From an uncultured virus (IMG/VR IMGVR_UViG_3300009503_000024) (lineage: Duplodnaviria > Heunggongvirae > Uroviricota > Caudoviricetes), in the IMG/VR virus record IMGVR_UViG_3300009503_000024: 64,000 nucleotides of DNA; one strand, written 5' to 3'. Shown piece after piece: positions 8,449-17,657 of the stretch. The stretch's first letter is position 1; each line of letters opens with the position of its first letter. Position numbers and translations under genes: made by a program. The notes beneath the pieces were generated by a model. That model was given only the letters and a program-made list of their open reading frames with translations, did no database searches and was not told the DNA's origin.

Positions 8449-9543
8449 TTAAATTCCCTTCTTTCCTTGCATAATTTTTTTCAATAAATCACTATCAAAT
8501 TTTATTTCGGGATAAGCAAGTTTTAATACAGGAATATTTATTTTATTATCCTCCATTAATTTTAAAACTTGTTCTATTGTTTCACTATCAATATTTAATT
8601 TTTTTACTAATTCATCTTTTAAATCAGATGATTTTATTTTACCTCTTTCTATAATTTCTTCAATTTTCTTTTCTATATCAGCTGGCCATGGTTTGTTGGT
8701 CTCAACACCAATACCTCTATCATCAATAAAAGCAATAGATGAATAAGGCTTTATATTTGTTATTTCATCATAAGGTATATTATATTTATCTAAATAATCT
8801 TTTATCATTTTATATGCTTTTTTATCATAACTAATTCTAGCACTAAAAATAATTATTGAATAACCCTTTTCTTTTAATCTACGTATTATTTCAACATTCT
8901 CTTTTATAGGTTCACCAATTATATCATATCTTCCTTCGTGTCTTGCTATTGTTCCATCTAAATCAATAGCAATTTCTTTTTTTCTATTACTTACAACATT
9001 ATTACATTTTTGACAAGATTCATTTTTAATTAATGTTCCATCAGTATCAGAATGAGCTTCACAATCCATCCCTTCTTCGTATTTTACAACTCTATTTCTA
9101 CCCCAATCTTTAGCACAATACAAAGCCTTATCCGCTTCTTTAAAAATATCATCTATTTTTTTATTTTTATCATATTCTGTATAACCTATAGAAACAGTTA
9201 TATTACCTTCAATGTTAGGAATTTTTATTTTACTTATTTCTTCCTTAACCATATTCAAATAATTTTCAACATTATCTTTTTCAGGTATTAAAATAACAAA
9301 CTCTTCTCCACCCCATCTATATGTTAGTAAATTTTTATCTAAATATTTTGCTATTGTTTTTAAAACCTCATCCCCAACATCATGCCCATATGTATCATTT
9401 ATCTTTTTAAAATGGTCTATATCTATTACCCCAAAATATGCTGGTTTTACTTTTTTAACAGTTTCATCAAAAGCATTCCTATTCCATAAACCCGTTAAAT
9501 TGTCTTTATAAGCTAATTTTTTTAATTTATCTACATTAGTCAT
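8449..9543 (-). CDS. GGDEF diguanylate cyclase fused to HAD-superfamily domain
   Basis: DNLTGLWNR, DIDHFKKINDTYGHDVGD, RWGGEEF, TVSIG, ADKALYCAK..GRN; then IAIDLDGTI, IIFSAR, KP, FIDDR. Confidence 0.93.
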   Translation of the reverse strand: MTNVDKLKKLAYKDNLTGLWNRNAFDETVKKVKPAYFGVIDIDHFKKINDTYGHDVGDEVLKTIAKYLDKNLLTYRWGGEEFVILIPEKDNVENYLNMVKEEISKIKIPNIEGNITVSIGYTEYDKNKKIDDIFKEADKALYCAKDWGRNRVVKYEEGMDCEAHSDTDGTLIKNESCQKCNNVVSNRKKEIAIDLDGTIARHEGRYDIIGEPIKENVEIIRRLKEKGYSIIIFSARISYDKKAYKMIKDYLDKYNIPYDEITNIKPYSSIAFIDDRGIGVETNKPWPADIEKKIEEIIERGKIKSSDLKDELVKKLNIDSETIEQVLKLMEDNKINIPVLKLAYPEIKFDSDLLKKIMQGKKGI

Positions 9544-9544
9544 A

Positions 9545-10363
9545 TTATGCTTTCATAAGAACCCATTCCTGGGCATCTTCATCCCAAACCCATTTTTGCC
9601 CCGTAGGTGGTGGAGTTGTAGGTTTAGGTTTAGATACTTTACCTTCAATTTCTGCATAAATTTTTGGATATTCATCTATATTAATATCTAGCTGCGCTAT
9701 CAATTTATCATACTCAACATCATTTATTTTATTAAAAATAAAATTTTTAGTCAAAACTTCAAAAGCATCTTTTTTAAAATTTTTATAATACTCTGATGCT
9801 TTAAATTCTTTTTCATAATCAACAGGTTTTTCTGCTAATTCCTGACTAGTAATAAATAAATCAACATAATGACTATACAAATTTTTTAATTCTTTTTTTA
9901 ACGAACCTTCCGCTTTTGGTGAAGATGATATATCAGCATCATACAATATTTCAATAGCTTTTCTTAACTTTTCCTTATTTATTTTTATTCCTTGCATATT
10001 CTTTTCTTCTATACTTTCAATATAACCTTCAGCAATTTCAATAAGTTCCGCAACTTCTTTATCAATTACTATTTTTTCATCTTTTTCATCCATTTTTTTA
10101 CCTCCATATAAATTATTATCATAATCAAAATTAACATTTATACTACTATATTTATCTAAACCTTGAAATATCATCATAAGTTCAGATTTTATATCAATAC
10201 ACCATTTTCTAAATTCTTCAGATTCATAAGTTTCTTTATCAACAATAAAAAAAATTGTATTCCAATCATCAGAAATTTCTGTTTTATATTGTTTTTTAAA
10301 AAATTTCTTTTTAAATGATTCTGTTATTACTTTTATTATTTCTTCTATTATTTCTTCATCCAT
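9545..10363 (-). CDS. Hypothetical acidic protein with internal second start (10093)
   Basis: Pro/Thr linker and WVWDEDAQEW tail; two near-identical GGAGGTAn-ATGGATGAA start contexts. Confidence 0.75.
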   Translation of the reverse strand: MDEEIIEEIIKVITESFKKKFFKKQYKTEISDDWNTIFFIVDKETYESEEFRKWCIDIKSELMMIFQGLDKYSSINVNFDYDNNLYGGKKMDEKDEKIVIDKEVAELIEIAEGYIESIEEKNMQGIKINKEKLRKAIEILYDADISSSPKAEGSLKKELKNLYSHYVDLFITSQELAEKPVDYEKEFKASEYYKNFKKDAFEVLTKNFIFNKINDVEYDKLIAQLDINIDEYPKIYAEIEGKVSKPKPTTPPPTGQKWVWDEDAQEWVLMKA

Positions 10364-10390
10364 TTTTTACCTCCTATTTATAATATATAT

Positions 10391-10408
10391 AAATATAAAA
10401 AAATAACT
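10391..10408 (-). promoter_or_regulatory. Late-type promoter-like motif AGTTATTTTT-N3-TATTT (class 3)
   Basis: Same motif at 11362, 44869, 58666, 62924, each just upstream of a gene start. Confidence 0.65.
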
Positions 10409-10416
10409 TAAGTAAA

Positions 10417-10468
10417 ATTGGGCTATTGCAACTATCGAATCGATTCAAATTCGTTTCAATAGCCCAAT
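10417..10468 (-). terminator. Long hairpin, probable terminator or processing site
   Basis: attgggctattg / caatagcccaat 12-bp arms, inner cgaat/attcg pairing, T-rich tail on minus strand. Confidence 0.6.
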
Positions 10469-10481
10469 CATTGTTCTATAA

Positions 10482-10763
10482 TCATTTTACATTTTTTAAA
10501 TTTTGAGGTTCAAAATTCTCATCTATTGGGTTATCTAAACTGAAAACCCCAAACTGATTCTTACAATAAGGACATAGTAATAATGTCCTCCTACTTTTTG
10601 AATCAATCTTTATTGCTTCATTCCAACTAACCCAAACATCACCATCAGCATCACTACAGTTTTTACATCTAAATAATTTCTTATCTTTATAATCTTCTAT
10701 TGTCGCCTGTTTCTTTTTCTTTTCTGGCTTTTCATCATCAAGAATATTTACCATTCTAATCAC
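10482..10763 (-). CDS. Zinc-ribbon protein
   Basis: CKNC...CPYC. Confidence 0.7.
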   Translation of the reverse strand: MIRMVNILDDEKPEKKKKQATIEDYKDKKLFRCKNCSDADGDVWVSWNEAIKIDSKSRRTLLLCPYCKNQFGVFSLDNPIDENFEPQNLKNVK

Positions 10764-10804
10764 CTCCTTTTCATATTCTTAAAATCAATCATTTTATTCA
10801 CTGT

Positions 10805-11341
10805 TTAATATAATTTTATTTTCTTAATATCTTCAATTCCATACCCCAAAGTAGCCAACTCTTGCAATAAAATTCGATTTATTTCTTCATTAGAAAGTTC
10901 TTTAATTTCATTTTTATATTTACGATACATTCTTTCGTAAATATCTTGTATCTTTTCTTTTTCTTCATCTAATATTTTTATTTGTTTTGAAGGTGGTTCA
11001 TATCTATCTGGATCTCTACCTTGAGGTACCAGATTATACCTATTACCACGGCCAACATTCGTTTGACTTCTACTTGTTTCTGGCAATTGTAAATATAATG
11101 CTTTTATTTCATCCTTTGAAACTAAATTCCAACTGCCATTTATTTTAATCCAAAACCCACTTAAACCTTCTTTTGCAGCAATTTTTTCAGTTATTCTGGC
11201 AACCACATCTCTTAAATCTCTTTTTCTAAAAAACGGATATTTATTATATATATCATCAACTGTTGAATTAATATTAAAATTATTTTTTTTCAATCTAGAA
11301 ACTATATATTTTTCCAAAGGACTATTTTCAAAAAACATCAT
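10805..11341 (-). CDS. Hypothetical protein
   Basis: ORF with AGGAG RBS behind class 3 motif. Confidence 0.7.
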   Translation of the reverse strand: MMFFENSPLEKYIVSRLKKNNFNINSTVDDIYNKYPFFRKRDLRDVVARITEKIAAKEGLSGFWIKINGSWNLVSKDEIKALYLQLPETSRSQTNVGRGNRYNLVPQGRDPDRYEPPSKQIKILDEEKEKIQDIYERMYRKYKNEIKELSNEEINRILLQELATLGYGIEDIKKIKLY

Positions 11342-11361
11342 GTTTAACTCCTTTTTTATAA

Positions 11362-11379
11362 AAATATATAAAAATAACT
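11362..11379 (-). promoter_or_regulatory. Late-type promoter-like motif (class 3)
   Basis: AGTTATTTTT-ATA-TATTT. Confidence 0.6.
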
Positions 11380-11782
11380 ATTGTTGTTTTTTCTTTGGAT
11401 TCCTATCATAATACTTATAATAATAATAATCTCCACCATAATATATTGCTATCTCTCTATAAACTAAATCACCTTTTGTGGTAAGAATATGCTGACGTTT
11501 TAACAATGGCAAATTATAATAATCTATACCATATTTAGTAATTAAACCATTTTCAAAGAGCCTTTTATGTATATTTAAAAATTCTTTATCAGTTATTTTT
11601 CTATTTATATTTTTAATCCAATAAAATTGTTCATAAAGTTTATGCGGTTTATTATCTCCATAAAACCCTAAAATCAAAACAAATTTATTTAGATTTATCA
11701 TGCAACATCTCCTCCATATTATATATTTTAAAAATTTCTTCAAAATCTTTATATATTTTATCAGCTGTTTTTTCATCAACAT
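11378..11782 (-). CDS. Hypothetical protein
   Basis: True start probably MINLNK after GGAGG inside upstream gene. Confidence 0.55.
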   Translation of the reverse strand: MLMKKQLIKYIKILKKFLKYIIWRRCCMINLNKFVLILGFYGDNKPHKLYEQFYWIKNINRKITDKEFLNIHKRLFENGLITKYGIDYYNLPLLKRQHILTTKGDLVYREIAIYYGGDYYYYKYYDRNPKKKQQ

Positions 11783-12359
11783 ATTTCGAAATTACACCTT
11801 TAATTAATATAAATAATAAACCAAGTCTTTCTTCTACAATTTTATCTAAACGCGAACTTTCTTCTAATTCAAGTTGTAATTTTATTTCTTTTTCAATTAT
11901 TGTATGCATTTCTTTTGTATAATTTATAATTAAAGCTTCTAAATATGGATCTATTACTTCACCTTGTTGCGTTTCAATCATTTTAATTCTTTCTATTATT
12001 TTGTTTTTAAAAAAATCAAGAACAGCTGCTCTATTTCTTACATTTATAGATAAAGATTTATCTTGCGTTTTATCTTGCATCTGGCTTACAGTATCTGGAA
12101 CATGAGTTGGCAAATAAACTGTTGGCAATTCATCCAAAGTAGGAGCATTTATTTCTTTCTTTTTAATTTCAATATATTCTGCTAATTCTTTTTTCGTAAA
12201 TTTAATTTTCCCCTTAAATCTTTGTTTTATCATATTATAAATATCTTTAGTAGGAATTTGTTGATTATTTTTTAACATTGTTTTTATTATTTGTTCAACA
12301 TCAATTAATATTGTAGGAGGTAATAAATAAATATTACTTAATGCCATTCTTTCCTCCAA
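11685..12359 (-). CDS. Hypothetical helical protein
   Basis: Long ORF with typical codon pattern, GGAGG RBS before MALSN. Confidence 0.7.
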   Translation of the reverse strand: MEERMALSNIYLLPPTILIDVEQIIKTMLKNNQQIPTKDIYNMIKQRFKGKIKFTKKELAEYIEIKKKEINAPTLDELPTVYLPTHVPDTVSQMQDKTQDKSLSINVRNRAAVLDFFKNKIIERIKMIETQQGEVIDPYLEALIINYTKEMHTIIEKEIKLQLELEESSRLDKIVEERLGLLFILIKGVISKYVDEKTADKIYKDFEEIFKIYNMEEMLHDKSK

Positions 12360-13080
12360 ATACTAAAGATTTTATTTTTTTAATTATACGTATTTTTTCT
12401 AAAAAAATATATGTTGACGAAGTTTTTAATAATAAACTTATTGCTTTATTAGATAATCCTAATAAAAATAAAGCAAGTATTATCAATTGATTTTTTGTCA
12501 TATATTTAAAATAATCTTCTATATTAAAATTTTTAATTTTTTGCTTTATAACATAATCTTCATACTGTTCTAAACTTATAATTTTTTCTTTAATATAATT
12601 TTCATACTGTTCTAAACTTTCATTTTCATCTTTATTTTTAATATATAAATTATATTCATTTTTTTCAATAAATTTGTTATCAATATATGGTATATCTCTA
12701 TAATTAAACTCAAAATAATCTCTTTTTTTAACTATAAAAAATTTATCAAAAACTTTATCTCTTTCTTCATTTCTTTTAAAATAAAAAATATTTTTTCCAA
12801 TTTTTAATAAATATCTTTTTCTTAATCTATAAAACTCACAATTATATCCAGACAAACATTTTTTAACTTCTAAATCTTGTTTTATTTCATTATTTTTAAA
12901 TTTTTTAATATTAATAGTACCTATAAAATTTACATAATATTGTTTATTAAAATCTTCTATAAATTTTTCAGTTACAAAATATTCATCATAAATTGTATAC
13001 TTAATTTTTTTTGATTTTAACATTAAAATACAGCAACGCAAATTATATTTATTGTTAGAAGAATAAACGTATCCAATCAT
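12334..13080 (-). CDS. Protein with C-terminal sigma region 4/LuxR-like HTH
   Basis: MTKNQLIILALFLLGLSNKAISLLLKTSSTYIFLEKIRIIKKIK. Confidence 0.5.
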   Translation of the reverse strand: MIGYVYSSNNKYNLRCCILMLKSKKIKYTIYDEYFVTEKFIEDFNKQYYVNFIGTINIKKFKNNEIKQDLEVKKCLSGYNCEFYRLRKRYLLKIGKNIFYFKRNEERDKVFDKFFIVKKRDYFEFNYRDIPYIDNKFIEKNEYNLYIKNKDENESLEQYENYIKEKIISLEQYEDYVIKQKIKNFNIEDYFKYMTKNQLIILALFLLGLSNKAISLLLKTSSTYIFLEKIRIIKKIKSLVFGGKNGIK

Positions 13081-13085
13081 TCTAT

Positions 13086-13319
13086 TTATTTTTTATACTT
13101 TAGCTTTTGAAGTTGTAAATATGTCATAGCTACAACACCTTCTTTATAACGTTGAAAAATAGGACGTAAAAACGGAGGTAAAGAAAACCACATTATTATG
13201 TCATTTTTAACTTGCAAATAATAAGAATCAAAAGACATAATATTTTTAAAATGTTTCTTCCAAATTTCTTTTGCTTTCTTATATACTTTCTTTTCATCTA
13301 CATATTGCGCCATAAACAA
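13086..13319 (-). CDS. Hypothetical protein
   Basis: First gene behind a sigma70-type promoter. Confidence 0.6.
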   Translation of the reverse strand: MFMAQYVDEKKVYKKAKEIWKKHFKNIMSFDSYYLQVKNDIIMWFSLPPFLRPIFQRYKEGVVAMTYLQLQKLKYKK

Positions 13320-13344
13320 ACCTCTAATACTTTAAATTTATTTA

Positions 13345-13373
13345 ATTATATTACAAAATTATATTTTTGTAAA
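13345..13373 (-). promoter_or_regulatory. Host sigma70-type promoter TTTACA-N17-TATAAT (class 1)
   Basis: Near-consensus -35/-10 with 17-nt spacer, intergenic. Confidence 0.75.
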
Positions 13374-13380
13374 CTAAAAA

Positions 13381-14049
13381 TTATTCTATATTTAATCTTT
13401 TTTGCCAAGGAACTTTTTTTATGTATTTAACAAAATCTGTTTCCTGAATAGATTTCTTAAATTCAGACATTTTTATTTTACAATTTTTTTCATTTAACAA
13501 TTTATTATCTAATGCAACCTGAAATGGAAAATCGTCGCGCTGTATTTCTTTTATAGATAGCGTAAGACCTAAATTTCCTAAAATAAGCTTATTATTATTA
13601 TCTATTATTAATTTATCTATTGCTGCTCTTAATTCTTCTTTAACATCTGTTAATGCTTCTATTTTTGCTCCTATCGCAATATAAGTATTATATAATTTAT
13701 CTGGAGTTTTAGTTTCTAATACATAATCTTTAACTAATGCTTCTTGAAATTCTTTACAATTAACTCTATTTTTACAATTCATACATTGCCCCGAAATAAC
13801 CCGTGTTTTTGGAATTTCAAATTTATTCTTTATAGTCATTGTTTTTATATAATCGATATCCACAAATTCTATTTCTAAAATTGCCTCACTATATTTTTCT
13901 AATATTTTATTTACTTCAATTTGTTGCCATATATAAATTTTATAAAAATTCCCAGACAAATCTTTACATTTTATTTTATTTTTTTCAATTTCAACTTCAA
14001 CTTTTTCAACATCACTATCATAATCAATACAATATTTTTTAAAAATCAT
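13381..14049 (-). CDS. Hypothetical protein with Cas4/PD-(D/E)XK-like Cys cluster
   Basis: GQCMNCKNRVNC; nuclease active site not recognised. Confidence 0.4.
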   Translation of the reverse strand: MIFKKYCIDYDSDVEKVEVEIEKNKIKCKDLSGNFYKIYIWQQIEVNKILEKYSEAILEIEFVDIDYIKTMTIKNKFEIPKTRVISGQCMNCKNRVNCKEFQEALVKDYVLETKTPDKLYNTYIAIGAKIEALTDVKEELRAAIDKLIIDNNNKLILGNLGLTLSIKEIQRDDFPFQVALDNKLLNEKNCKIKMSEFKKSIQETDFVKYIKKVPWQKRLNIE

Positions 14050-14059
14050 ATATTCCTCC

Positions 14060-14233
14060 TTAATTTTTAATTAAAACTTCTTCAATCCAAAATTTTTCAT
14101 TTTTATCTTCTTTTTCTTTTATTTTTTTTAACATATCTTGCGCTTGTTTTAAATCAGTAAAAATTTTTTCTATCCAAGGAAAATAATCACCATCTGAATT
14201 AGCATACATAATAACCCAACCTATTTTTTGCAT
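14060..14233 (-). CDS. Small hypothetical protein (57 aa)
   Basis: MQKIGWVIMYANSDGDYFPW..., GAGGA RBS, fills gap after groES; not in ORF track. Confidence 0.6.
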   Translation of the reverse strand: MQKIGWVIMYANSDGDYFPWIEKIFTDLKQAQDMLKKIKEKEDKNEKFWIEEVLIKN

Positions 14234-14234
14234 T

Positions 14235-14528
14235 TTATTCCTCCTCTATTATAGCTAATATATCACTTTCATCAACGACAAGCAAAGTATCGTCATCAGT
14301 AAAAATTGAACCACCATAAAGCGTTACTAAAACCCTATCTCCTTCTTTTACTTCAAAAGTTCTTTTTTTGCCATCTTGATGTTGGCCTGAGCCAACTTTT
14401 ACAACTGTTGCTTTTCTTGGTGAATTATCAGAAATAGTACCAGGTAAAATTATACCTTTTTTATTTACTTCTACCGCCTCATCTAATTTTATTATTATAT
14501 TCCTACCTAATGGTCTATACATAATCAA
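14235..14528 (-). CDS. groES: Co-chaperonin GroES
   Basis: RPLGRNIII, GIILP mobile loop, VVKVGSG, VKEGDRVL, ESDILAII. Confidence 0.95.
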   Translation of the reverse strand: MIMYRPLGRNIIIKLDEAVEVNKKGIILPGTISDNSPRKATVVKVGSGQHQDGKKRTFEVKEGDRVLVTLYGGSIFTDDDTLLVVDESDILAIIEEE

Positions 14529-16348
14529 ACCTCCTTTCTAATAGATGATATATTATTATTTTTCTCAACAATAATCACATTATTAAAATACTTTTTTACA
14601 TCACTATTATGCGATATTACAAATATTGTTTTATTTTTTTCTTCTAAAAGTTTTATAATTTCATTTATTTTATCAATATTATTTTTATCTAATGCATCAA
14701 ATGCTTCATCAAAAATCATAAAATTTATTGTATCATTATTTACTAATTCAAATAAATCATTCAAAGCAATTTGAAATATAATTTCTAAAATACGCCTTTC
14801 ACCCGTTGATAATTCATCTATATCAAAAATTTCATCATTCCTTATTATTTGTATATTCATAAGATTACGCTTTTCAGTAAAATCAAGCAATATTTTTATT
14901 ATCATATCATCAAAAATCTTTACAACCATATCATTAATTTTTACTTCTAAAAATGAAGTAATTTTTTGAATAATAAATTGTTTCAACCCATCTTTACTAA
15001 AAATTTTTTTAATTTCTTCTAACTCTGTTTTTTCTTTATCAATCTTTAATTTTTCTTTTTTTATTTCTACCAATTTTTTTTCAAGTTCTTTATTTGTTTC
15101 ATACATTTGTTTTAATTGCCCATACCTTATTTTTAAATTTTGAATATCAACTAAAGACACTTTACAATTTTTATATTTTAAATAAGATTTATATTTTTCT
15201 TCTAATTCATTAAATTCTATTTCTTTTTTCTTATAATTTTCTTTAATAATATTAAATTCAGCTTTCTTTTCTTTATAAGCAAGTAAATCTTCATCTTGTT
15301 GTTCTTTTTTAGTTTTTTCTATTTCATAATGTTTTTTTATATTAACAAGAGATTCATTTAATTCATTTATTTGTTTTATAGAATCATTTATAATATTTTT
15401 ATAATTATTTTTAATTTTTTCTTTATTTATAAGTTTTGTCCCGCATAATGGACATTCGTCTGTATTACCTAATTTTTCAAGCTTTTCTTTAAATTCATTT
15501 TTCTTTTCTTCTAATCCTTTTATTTTTTGTTTATACTCAGCAATTTCATTTTGTATATTTGTTAAATCAATTTCTTTTATATCTTTTACCCTTTTAGCTA
15601 ATTCTTTACCTTCTACTAATAATTTTTCATACTTCTTTTTTAAATCTTTTAAATCTATTTCATATTTTTCTTTTAAATTCTCATATTCGTTTAGTTTTAA
15701 TAATCCTTTTTCATACTCTAAATATTTTTCCAGTTTATTTTGCGTTTCTTCATATTCTTTTTCTATTTTATCTTTATCTATTAATCTATTTTCTAAATCA
15801 TTTATGAGTAAATCAAAATTCTTTTTTTCTAACTCATATAAATCATTCTTAACATTTTCATAAATTTTATCAATAATATCATTTTTAGTTAAACTTATAA
15901 GTAAATCTTTTTTATCATTATCATTTAAAACAAAAAAATTATTTTTAGGTGTTAAAGTTGTTATAAGTTTAAACAATTCATAATTTATCTTATTTGAAAC
16001 AAATTCATTAAGTTCTTTCTTTTTACCAACAATTTTTTTATTATCTTCATACATTTCTAACAAATTTTCACCATTAACAGAACGTCCTCTAACTATTTTC
16101 TTATTATCAAAATTTATAATTACTTTACTATTTCCTTTGTGGTCAGTTGATATATCAGTTTGACCACGTAAAGTTTTTCCATATAAACCATAGAATATAA
16201 TATCTATTATCGAAGATTTCCCGGCACCATTACTTTTTTCAAAAGAATCAGAAACCCTCCCTAATACTAAATAAACCTTATTATCAAAATCTAACTCAAA
16301 ATTTTTATATCTAAATACATTATTCGCAATTATATTTTTAATTTGCAT
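14525..16348 (-). CDS. sbcC: SbcC/Rad50/gp46-like SMC ATPase
   Basis: SNGAGKSS, coiled coil with CPLCG hook, LSTGE signature, FDEAFDALD, ISH. Confidence 0.93.
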   Translation of the reverse strand: MQIKNIIANNVFRYKNFELDFDNKVYLVLGRVSDSFEKSNGAGKSSIIDIIFYGLYGKTLRGQTDISTDHKGNSKVIINFDNKKIVRGRSVNGENLLEMYEDNKKIVGKKKELNEFVSNKINYELFKLITTLTPKNNFFVLNDNDKKDLLISLTKNDIIDKIYENVKNDLYELEKKNFDLLINDLENRLIDKDKIEKEYEETQNKLEKYLEYEKGLLKLNEYENLKEKYEIDLKDLKKKYEKLLVEGKELAKRVKDIKEIDLTNIQNEIAEYKQKIKGLEEKKNEFKEKLEKLGNTDECPLCGTKLINKEKIKNNYKNIINDSIKQINELNESLVNIKKHYEIEKTKKEQQDEDLLAYKEKKAEFNIIKENYKKKEIEFNELEEKYKSYLKYKNCKVSLVDIQNLKIRYGQLKQMYETNKELEKKLVEIKKEKLKIDKEKTELEEIKKIFSKDGLKQFIIQKITSFLEVKINDMVVKIFDDMIIKILLDFTEKRNLMNIQIIRNDEIFDIDELSTGERRILEIIFQIALNDLFELVNNDTINFMIFDEAFDALDKNNIDKINEIIKLLEEKNKTIFVISHNSDVKKYFNNVIIVEKNNNISSIRKEV

Positions 16349-16358
16349 TTTATTCTCC

Positions 16359-16937
16359 CTATTTATTAATTTTTATCTCTTCTATTGTTCTATTATAAAT
16401 ACTATCTAACATTCTTATAAAAATATTTACTTTATTTATAAGATAATTAGCATCATTATCTATATAATTAATATCAGGAATTTTATTATATTCCAACCAA
16501 GTTTTTTCATCTATATCGTTTGGAATATCAAATAAATTTTTAATTTGAAAATAACCTAAACCATCATAATTTTTTATAAAATATGTTTTTTTGTCATTAT
16601 CTGTCTGAATTTTTATATCAAAAATTTCACAAATATAATTTGTCGCCCAATAATATTTTGAAGCTTCTATATTTGTTGGAATATATAATCTATAAGTTCC
16701 AGTATTTAACTGAAAACATATTTTATAATCTTCTCGCGCAAAAATATAATTCAATTTTTTTATTTTATCTATTGTTTGCAAAACAAATGGTCTATTCTTA
16801 TTAATATCAATTGCTTTATCCAACAATTTATTAAATTCTACAATAGTAAATACACCATTTTTTAAATATTTATCATATTCATTTTGTTTCTCAAAAGCCA
16901 TTTTTGCCCATTCAATTGGGTTTAATTTAATTTTCAT
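16359..16937 (-). CDS. Hypothetical protein
   Basis: Coupled ORF between sbcD and sbcC. Confidence 0.7.
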   Translation of the reverse strand: MKIKLNPIEWAKMAFEKQNEYDKYLKNGVFTIVEFNKLLDKAIDINKNRPFVLQTIDKIKKLNYIFAREDYKICFQLNTGTYRLYIPTNIEASKYYWATNYICEIFDIKIQTDNDKKTYFIKNYDGLGYFQIKNLFDIPNDIDEKTWLEYNKIPDINYIDNDANYLINKVNIFIRMLDSIYNRTIEEIKINK

Positions 16938-17656
16938 TTATTTACCTCCTCTTTTATTATTTCTTCTTGCTGCTTTAATTGTAATGCCATATTTTCAACA
17001 TCCCCGTTATACCAACATATTTCTATATCAACTACTTTTATCAAACGTAATTTTTTATTTATCATATTTTTCCAATTTTCTAAAAGAGACTCACATATAC
17101 CAAAACGACTTATAGAAAAGATATAAAATTCCCAGTCTCCAATTTTTTCTTTACTTATTCTATAAATTCCAGTTGGAAAATTTCTTTTAAAACTTTTTTC
17201 TACTTTTTCTAATGCCTTTTCAATTCTTTGATTGGATTCTAATTTTTTTAATCTCCCAAAATCATCCATTTCTAGTCTTACTTCTTCAACATTTAACTCA
17301 ATTATTTTATATAAATTTTTTAATTGCTCTAAATTAACAACATTAATAAAACCATTTGTTATAAGAAAAGTCCACAATGGATTATCAATATCTTTTTTTA
17401 GATTATTTTTTAGTAAATTAAAAACTTTTAAAGCAGTTAAATTATCATCCTCTTCAATTTTATAAATTTTAAAATCATTTTTTTGTAAAATTTCATCAAC
17501 AAGGCTACTACATTTATTATGCAAATATAAAATAAAACCCCTTGTTTTAGGTGGAATTATTTCTTCATATTCAATCAAATTTTGATAAAAAGTCCTTAAC
17601 AAATTTTTATAATTAATATATTCGTTTAATTGTTTAGCTTCTGCTATATAAATCAT
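16934..17656 (-). CDS. Hypothetical protein
   Basis: Coupled ORF between sbcD and sbcC. Confidence 0.7.
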   Translation of the reverse strand: MIYIAEAKQLNEYINYKNLLRTFYQNLIEYEEIIPPKTRGFILYLHNKCSSLVDEILQKNDFKIYKIEEDDNLTALKVFNLLKNNLKKDIDNPLWTFLITNGFINVVNLEQLKNLYKIIELNVEEVRLEMDDFGRLKKLESNQRIEKALEKVEKSFKRNFPTGIYRISKEKIGDWEFYIFSISRFGICESLLENWKNMINKKLRLIKVVDIEICWYNGDVENMALQLKQQEEIIKEEVNK

Positions 17657-17657
17657 T

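Noticed and set aside
5939..10468. Hairpins at 5939-6005 and 10417-10468 as tRNA genes
   Set aside because: No cloverleaf, T-loop or D-loop consensus.
13381..14049. Cas4 or CRISPR-associated nuclease
   Set aside because: Only a three-Cys cluster matches; no recognisable nuclease motif or cas context.
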